Positions 1 to 9,400 of a stretch of 28,178 nucleotides of DNA are shown piece after piece. Each line of letters opens with the position of its first letter. The stretch's first letter is position 1. The notes below the pieces were generated by a model that worked only from the letters and a program-made list of their open reading frames with translations, was not told where the DNA came from and did no database searches. Source of the stretch: Catajapyx aquilonaris (Eukaryota); assembly GCA_000934665.2 (NCBI GenBank), contig JYFJ02001120.1:62001-90178 (forward strand). Direction: 5' to 3'. The position numbers were made by a program, and so were the translations under genes.

Positions 1-135
1 AAGCCGCGCAGATTTTCCTGGCTATAGTATCGACCATAGCATATGGTTATTCCCTCTGAGGTTGCACAGAGAGGACAACCTTTTATGCCCAGGTTATTAC
101 TCCTGGTCAGCTGACACTGCAAGACCTGTCGTCAC

Positions 136-190
136 ATGTCTAATCCGGTGTCCACCTGCGATGTGGCCGCATTACTGGACCAAGAGGAAG
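136..190 (+). CDS. Candidate alternative first coding exon of the NRAMP gene (MSNPVSTCDVAALLDQEE)
   Basis: ATG at 136, with an in-frame stop upstream at 112-114. It ends at a strong donor GAAG|GTGAGA (190/191) in phase 1, the phase required by the exon-2 acceptor at 584/585. Confidence 0.45.
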
Positions 191-497
191 GTGAGATATA
201 TATGTGCCAGTGTGGCAGGGTCAGTTTGCTCTGCGGCTGACCCTAATAAGAGTCCACGTGGGGTATGCGCAAGAAATGTATCTTGTAAGATTAGATACCA
301 GGTACTTGACACAACGGTTGGACTTGAGCATTAGAAAAACAGTGCAGATGATTAGATCCTGTCGTGCACAAGTGCATATATTACTGATTGGCTGCATGTG
401 CGGAGGACACTTTCTCGTGTCATTGGGGGCCTGTTTGCTACCGCACGTTTTCAAGGAGAAGGGGAAAGCGGAGTGTTTGTCCAAATAAGACAGCAAA

Positions 498-3400
498 ATG
501 GCCAGTGTGGCGACTATCTGTGAGGCGCCGGCACTTTTTTTAGTCCTTGTTTGTGTTTATTACCGTTGTTTCCTCTGATTGCAGTCAATCCTGCGGAGGA
601 CACGCCAGAAGGGCAGGTAGACATGCCTGAGAAGAACTACCAGACCCTATCGCCGGACCCCCCGCCATACGAGGAGGTGGCCAGGACCAGTGAAAATTTG
701 GGAGAGAGCTCGCAACTCAGGCCGGCTAATGGGACTCAGACATATTTTGCAGATGAGCAAATTAAGATACCTGAAACAGGAGACGTAAGTTGACTTAAAA
801 GGTGTGAGCAGTTTTGTGAGTTAAGACAAGGCGTATCAGGTTTAGGCCTAAGGGTCTAGGATCAAAATGTAAAATTTAAAAATTTCATTCAAACAGCCAC
901 AGTGTAATAGGTACCCTTATTCACTCCATTTTCATAGTAAAAGTGACTAGTATTATCATTATCATCATGAACCTTCGTTTAAATAAGGACTTTCAGAGAG
1001 GAAAGTGACCATTCAATTTTGAATTAGTAATCACTTATGATAACCATTATCAGTAGGACCTTACTACACCAATATATTGGCACCAGTACAATCACTTGGT
1101 AAATCTCTAAATAAGTCATGATGTAAATACTGTTACTTATATAGATGAAGCGTTACTGAAGATAATAATATAATAAGCGTAATTAATATATTTTTTAAAA
1201 TATTCTATTACCCCATGATGACCCGATTAGGGTTCATAGGGGAGGTAATTAATATTTAAATATACAAGCCCAGTCGAAAAATAAGTTTCACGGTGCTACA
1301 GTTTCGATGGCATGCGACGGACAGGGTACAGACGAGCATGGGCATGTATGTCCATCCTTCCCCCACTTTATAAGATGGAAAGGCAGCTTGTGTGCAGGAT
1401 CGGCAGCTATCGGACAAGACCGAGTGGAGAGCTGAGCGTGCCTGCCCATATTCCAGCAGGAACAGTCATGCCAGGCAGAGAGTGTTGGTCACATGACTAA
1501 GGCAGAAGTTAGGACACTTGAGGACACTCAGTAATATATTGCTGTGATCGGTAGTCAGAGTCTCTGGTTGTCCTTCACACTTGCAAGCTTATTCCGAGAT
1601 TGTTGGCACCATATCACAGCACCATTTGCTCAGACATGACAATCATCTCCGGACCATACCCTCCACTAGCCTGCGGTGAGTGTCATATGTCAAATGTTGA
1701 CCACTGATAGAGAACATCTGCCCTCACTTCTGCCTCTGTCCATGTGACCAACACACTCTGTCTGGCATGACTTTTCCTGGTGGTATATGGGCAGGCATGC
1801 TTGGCTCGCCATTGAGTCTCGTCCAACGGCTGCTGTGCCTGCGCATAAGTTGCAAGAAGGCTTCTATCCATCCTATAACGTATGGGAAAGATCGATGTAT
1901 TTGCTCATGCTTGTTTTTACCATGCCCATCGCATGCCATCGAAACTGTAGCTCCGCGAAACTTATTTTCCGACTGGCCTCTTAAATGGTGGTGTTAGGTT
2001 TTAAAAGTGCTTCCATGAAACTGAAAGAGCTGTTTCACACAAGACAGTTTAACCAGATGATACACTGCAATTCAAATTTTAAGAGGATTTAGCATGCCTA
2101 ATAATTATAGGAGATTATTTAGCACTTTACTATGTATGTGTGGATGGTCCCATTAAAGGGATGATAGTAGTACTGTGCTTGGCTATAAGTCCTCCATGCA
2201 AGATCATATACCTGTCACGTACACATTCCTAAGAGGCAATAACTATCAGGATGGTCCTCATCTAAGAAATCATTATCATCTTGACCTGCCCTATCTTGGC
2301 CATTCTGTTAAGAAAGCCTGATATATCGTTGCACACTGTAGGTATTGCGTAGGTGTGCTATCCAAACTTACATCATGTCCTTCAGTTAGAGATTTTACAA
2401 GTAATTGATTGCTCTTATTAGAATGAGGTGTTCAGATTTTACACCAGTAAAATCTCCTTCATATCGTTCATTGTCCTGTATTGTAATTGCAGATCACATT
2501 CATTAGTAAACATATCGCATATACCATGTAGATGAAACTGCCACACCTTTTTTATCTTACTACAGGGTGGGCGAAAAGTCCCGGGACACCTGGCTTTTTT
2601 TTGCCCACAAAACAGATCTGTGCGTGGAAAATGTGTCGGAAATGCTGGTGTGACATATTCTGGACACTGACGGAACTGTTTGATGAGGGGAGACATCTGA
2701 GGACCCCCAACAACACCCATAAAAAACATTTAGCAAGGGAAGTGTCTTTCACGCTTCCCGTCTTTCACATTTCCCATGCTGAATGCTTTTTTCTCCCACT
2801 TGTTCAAGTTACTTCTTCTCGGTGGCACCTTACCAAAAGGAGCCCTGATATCCTGCATTATGTGCGTTATGTTCTTTCCCGTATGAGGCCACCCGTGGAC
2901 CCACACAGTAGCCACAAGTCTCTCCTCCACAGTGAACCCGCTCGTATCTGCCATCTTGCACTGTTAACAGTGTTAACTTACTGTGGGTGTTGTTGGGGGT
3001 CCCCAGACGTCTCCCCTCATCAAACAGTTCCGTCAGTGTCCAGAATATGTCACACCAGCATCCCCGACACATTTTCCATGCACAGATTTGTTTTGCAGGC
3101 AAAAAAAGCCTGGTGTCCTGGGACTTTTCGCCCACCCTGTAGAATGAGAATTTTAAATTCTAGTTTTTGCTGTGCTTTTGACCAGAAACAGATTGCTAAA
3201 TTTTTACAGGGTGGTTCAACAAGAAAGGTACACTTCTTCCATAAGTTCTGCTAATTTAGGTGTCTTCCAATGAGCAGAAATGGTTAAGTTATCTGTTGCA
3301 GTTTAGAGTGTAGTTATGCTTTTTGTACCAAACATTGCCCATGCTCTCCTAGTGAAACCCCATGATACAAGAATGGTGTCTCTCTGTTACATTTTGATAA

Positions 3401-6400
3401 TATTATGGGTACATCAGGGGTCGATTTTAAAATTTCTGTCCAGATGCAAAGTTTGCACTCCAGACTTTAACCTGGAGTGCAAATCGCTTACTTGAAGTGC
3501 TTAATTTTCAATTACTGGGTATCGCCTTGTTTTAAAGCAGAGCAAATTGGAGTGCAAACTTTGCACTCCAAGGCTCAATTTGGAGTGCAGATGACAATAA
3601 ATTTTGGATTGCAAATTGCACCTTTGCATCTGAATATTTTGACCCCTGGTACATGCACATTTCTAGTACTGTGCAATTTCTGGCTGTCTCATGCAGCCAT
3701 CACTGAGGCCTGTGGATATTTTCATGAAAAAATTTAGATGGAAAATTCAAAGGTTGGTGAATTAGATTTTTGAGGCAATAATACAGGGTGATTCTCTCGA
3801 ATGGAAACCCAAACATTCCTCAATAACTTGTTAACTATGGTATGGTTCCCGATGAAAATTGACATGTACTTACCTTGTAACATGCCAAACAAGGTCTCAC
3901 TAAAGAATATACCAGAAGTGGTCCCCTCCAGCATCCAAAAGTGGGCATCTCAAGGCAATGGGCCTGTTGCCTTGAGATGCCCCTCCTGCCAAGTAGGCAG
4001 GCCGGCGGGGATGAGTGCAATCCCCCCCGGGAATCAGCAGGAGTCTTCGGCAATATGCAGACTCACATTAAAATTTTTTGGGATGCTGGAGGGGACCACT
4101 TTTGGTATATTCTTTAGTCAGACCTTGTTTGGCATGATACAAGGTAAGTAGCCTACATGTCAATTTTCATCGGGAACCATACCAAAGTTATTGAGGAATG
4201 TTTGGGTTTCCATTCGAGAGAATCATCCTTTATAATATAGTCATCTGGGGCACTACTGATGCAAAGAGCAGAAGTTATTTTGAACTATACTGTACTAAAT
4301 GCATACACTTACTGAAAAGCAGTTAATATGCAGATTTCTGATTTACCTTGTCTATCCAGTCTGTATGGGCATGTTAAGAATATTTTTACGTCTATCAGGA
4401 TTCTGATAACATAGTATGTGGCTGAGTAATCTGGTTTTTTCATTGTAGTCCCTTCTATCTTCATCTGTTCTTATCCCCACCACCCCTTCTCTTGTAGTTA
4501 TGTGATACAAAGTTACTGTTGCAATGTAATGAAGCAAACAAAGAATTGATAAAAATTGGCATTAAATTGATGAGACTAGGAGTAGCTACAATTAATTGCC
4601 ACACTGATGTTCTAATCTGTCTGCCTCTTAATCACAATCAAAGTGCACATATTGGTGTTGAAAGCCGCAGTCTATAGTTATTAGCAGGCAGATATCCAAT
4701 TATAGCAGTCTTCAGTAACTCTATGATACTGGACCTGTCAATCATCTTGAGACTTGAATGGTTTTTTAAACATGGACGTTTATAGTCTCACCAATGTTCC
4801 TAATCCTGTATTGGCCAGGAGGAGTACGGATGTTGTAACATATTGGTGGGGAAGTAAATGAGGTTGATAGGATCAGAGTTATCGCATAATGACTGTCTAA
4901 ATGTCAGAATTGTTCAGAAGTGCATTTTAAAAATTTGTGATGGTGTTTTAATTTATTCTAAAATTAATTTTCATTTTATCCTGTAGTACCGCTTCAGCTT
5001 CCGCAAATTATGGGCATTCACTGGTCCTGGTTTCCTGATGAGCATTGCCTACTTGGATCCAGGCAACATAGAGTCAGACCTCCAGTCAGGAGCAGTTGCT
5101 CAGTATCGCCTGCTATGGATCCTCCTGTCAGCCACAGTTTTGGGTCTCCTGATGCAGAGGCTTTCTGCTCGATTAGGTGTCGTAACGGGGATGCACCTGG
5201 CAGAGATGTGTTATCGGCAATACCCAAAAGTGCCACGATACATCCTCTGGATCATGGTGGAGGTGGCCATTATAGGGTCTGACATGCAAGAAGTTATTGG
5301 GACTTCCATTGCAATCTACCTGCTATCAAATACAAGGTGAGTTGTGGATTAAAGTAGCAAAAATACAGGAAACCAGCCGGATAACTCTGCAGCTATAGCT
5401 GTCGAAGTGAGCCTATGGAATGGTTGTACAACAATAGAAGGTGTTTGTTGCCCCCTCTCCAACAATCCCCTGTCCCATTGCCATGCCACCTTACCCCAGT
5501 TCCAGCCCACGTTTGAACCGTATGGACTGGCGTCTACAGTGCGGAAAACGAAACGACGATCTGACGTCATTATTTTGTTCTTATGCAACAGTAGGAGTAA
5601 ATGTTCTTTTTGTTGACACTGCTTACTCATTATTGTTGTATGACGATGATGTCAGTTTGTCGTTTCGTTTTCCACACAGTAGTTTTGTGTTTCTCCTGCG
5701 ACAATTAGCACCCCTGGTGACGACCCCAACAAACTTGTTTATGTATGCAGCATAGGAGAACGCTTCTGCAGCCATAATGGCCTCAAAAATAGTTCATTAG
5801 ACACGGAAATTGACCAAAAAATATATGATCTGGCAGAGGGCACCTAGTTCGTCTTTTTTCTATTTTCGCCCTAGAAATGACCTTACGCTTACGGCGAGTA
5901 GAAGTGAGGAAAACAACGTTTCCGAAAAGTCTATGAATGACATGGTGAATAAATCGCTACAGAATCGGACACTATTCTGGGCCTCTATGTCCACAATTTT
6001 AATGAAATCGTGTCGAATATGGTAGCCTACCATTGTAAAGGCCAAACCTTTGCGCAGGGCACCTAGTTCTGGATTAACGACACGTTTCGCCACAAAAAAT
6101 TACGTTCACTACAAAATGCCCAAAATGAGTTCTACCCTACTCTTGCGCGAGGAAACACTAACGTGAATACCCTGCTTTAGACATACCTGTAGAGGTGGGC
6201 CAGAAAATTTCTGCTTGCAGAACTGGCAAACTGAATTGCTGACCACGGCTGAACTCTACTTCCTCTTCCTGCCTCTCTGGCCACACCCAATGTGATGCTA
6301 GCTGAGGAGGGGAATTCCCTCATTTCTCATGCACGTTGCACTTTTGTTGCATGTGTTTGGCTATGAAGCTGCATGCATTGGTAAATGCCTAATTAAATTT

Positions 6401-9400
6401 CAGTATAAGTAAAGCACATGAATATAAGTTGAGTCATAAAAGAAATGTTGGTACCGTCACTGTAAAGATACAGTGGAGCCAATGCAACAGCACTTCAAAC
6501 CACTTGAAACTGTGACTTGTAAGGTAATTGCTGTGGAATGTTATTTTGCATCCTGTTTGATATGTCACTGGACTCGTTGGGATTTGTAATTTTTGCAGAT
6601 TCTTGGCATTATTCATTTTGCACCGATTATTATACAATTAGTTGTCAATTTTGATATCAATGTAATTTAATGTAATTCCCTTTACAGGGTTCCACTTTGG
6701 GGTGGTGTACTGATCACCATCGTTGACACATTCACATTCATGTTCCTTGACAAGTATGGTCTGCGGAAATTGGAGGCCTTCTTTGGTTTCCTGATTATAG
6801 TGATGGCCGTCTCGTTTGGTTATGAATATGTGGTGGTAGCCCCAGACCAAGGGAGGGTGGTGGAGGGGATGTTCTTCCCCTATTGTGCTGGATGTGACTC
6901 GAGGGCCCTGCTTCAAGCCGTTGGGATTGTAGGAGCCATCATCATGCCCCACAACCTCTACCTTCATTCTGCTCTAGTCAAGGTACAAACATTGCGAATT
7001 AAGTGTTCAGTGAGACGAAATTCAGTGAAACCTGTCATGCAGTATACTTAGGATGAATTTGTTTATTTTATAGAACGTTTGTTTAGTTCTGTGCTGGATT
7101 TTTAGTATTGATGTGATAAGTAATGAAAATAACTTTAGTATGGAACATTTTAGCGAAGATCGGTAGAATGCTTTTCTATGGACATGATTAATATACTTTT
7201 ATGTTGGAGGGTGTGTGTTGATAAAGTGTTTTGCAGTAGTAAAACTCATTTGGGTTAGAAATGTATTTTATAGTACTGTGCAAGTGCAGCAAGTCTCCGA
7301 CTTACATAAGTGGATAATTCCACAACATTATACATAACTTGACACAACTTAGAATGTGTTTTTCATTATACAGTATACTGTATTGGACTTCGTCAATACT
7401 GGAGTCACTATCATACTCAATAGGAATAGAGGCTGTTACGAGCAGATATGGGCTCCCCATGAGGTCCTAAAACAGGTCGAAAATGTTGTCGCATGCAAAC
7501 AGAGAGCCAATGAATCTTGGCAAGCAGGTTTGAGTTGCCATGAAGCGAAATTTAGTGTCTTTTCTCATATAAATAGGTGACAGTTCATATTAACGCTGTT
7601 CTGTAGATTTTTTGTGCACGTCAGAATTTTTTATTTATTTACGTAAATCTGAGTCTATGTGTATATTAGAGCTATGTAAGCTGGCAACTGGCTGTAGTGG
7701 AATGTCATGTACCAAGAGGTAGACTAGTTGGTATATCCTTGGATTATCTAAGCAAGTAAAATACATTTTTTGCTGTGTGTCTAATGCTGATACTTTTACA
7801 GTCCCGAAATGTGGACCGTACCAAAAAAGAGGCTGTCAAGGAGGCAAATATGTACTACTTCATTGAAGCTACCATCGCTCTCTTCGTGTCATTCATTATC
7901 AACGTGTTTGTGACAGCTGTGTTTGCACATGGAATGTATGATAAGACCAACCATGAAGTCCGACAAATATGTGAAAATGCAAGCAGTATGTACACAAAAG
8001 TGTTTCCTGTAAGTTACACACTACTTAATTGATTAGCCCTTTCGATATCACCTGTCATTGTGCAGTGGGTCCTCTGTATTCACGGGGGTTTGGTTCCAGG
8101 ACTACCCACAAATACCAGAATCTGCAGATGTTGAAGTCCCTGATATAAAATGGCCTTGTATAATATGCGTATAATCTAGGTAGGAACATCCTTCCATATA
8201 GTCCTACTTTAAATCTCTCGAGATGTCTCAGAATTCCTAATAGGCCTACACTGTAAATGTTATAGTGTATTGTAGTTCTCAGTGCATGGAAAATGCAAGT
8301 TTTGGTTTTCGTAACTTCCTGGACTGTAATTTTTTCTGAATATTTTCGACCTGTGGTTTGTTGAAAATAGACAGATACAGAGACCCCACTGAACAAGAAT
8401 TCAAATAGGCAAGGCGCAAGGCCACAGATATGGCAACACCCTAATCAAAGCAAATGCCATGTTTGGGAAGTCTACTCTACAGTAACTTCCTGTAGTATAG
8501 GAATAATAATTTTAGGATGAAGTGATGTCATGTAATACAATAGAGAATTTTTCAATTGATGTTAACTGACAGGATGACAATCAATATGTTGACGCAAGCA
8601 TCTACAATGGAGGTGTGTTCCTGGGGTGTCAGTTTGGAATTGCTGCAATGTACATATGGGCTGTTGGAATATTGGCTGCTGGGCAGTCGTCAACCATGAC
8701 TGGAACTTACGCTGGACAATTTGTAATGGAGGTGAGTCACTGTAATAATAACATTTGCTGTTGGGATTTCTGATATATGCCAAAAGAATTATTATGCAGT
8801 TAATCTGCATAAATTGGGGAGATGTCTGTTAAATTGGTATTCCCCTGACTTTAAAATATTTTATGCATAACCCAATTTGGTGACTAGAAGCTTTTTTTGA
8901 TTGCATAACGTGCTTTTTTTCTTGATGACTGTATAACTAGCTGAACTGCCATTCTTTGTACAAAAAAAAAAATGGTTACCTTCTTGCTAAAGCAATTTCC
9001 TTCTTTTTAAAGTGTACAACACTACTTACCAATTGCTTTAATGCTTCAGGGCTTCCTGAATCTGCAGTGGACGAGATGGAAGAGAGTCCTCCTGACTAGG
9101 TCTATAGCAATGGTTCCTACATTCCTTGTGGCCAAGTTCCAGAATATAGAAGACCTTTCAGGCATGAATGATCTGCTGAATGCCCTCATGAGCATGCAGT
9201 TACCTTTCGCCGTATTGCCAACACTGACTTTTACCTGCGCTCACAATGTGATGGGAGATTTCAAGAATGGCATGTGAGTGTTATAAATTAAGTATATGAA
9301 TAATTTATGCAATGTAATTTAATATTTTTTTACCTGCACTCCTCAGGTTTCTCCTCTGTCTGGTGCAGTGAAATTATGCTCCAGATATTTTTCATAATAG

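Noticed and set aside
206..511. GCCAGTGTGGC occurs twice (206, 501) and contains the IRE loop CAGUGU near the NRAMP start
   Set aside because: The five bases flanking the loop do not pair and there is no correctly placed bulged C. There is no CAGTG loop in the 3' region either, so no IRE is supported.
2532..3254. 240-aa + strand ORF
   Set aside because: It runs through a palindromic MITE antisense to the transposase remnant and has no recognisable domain.
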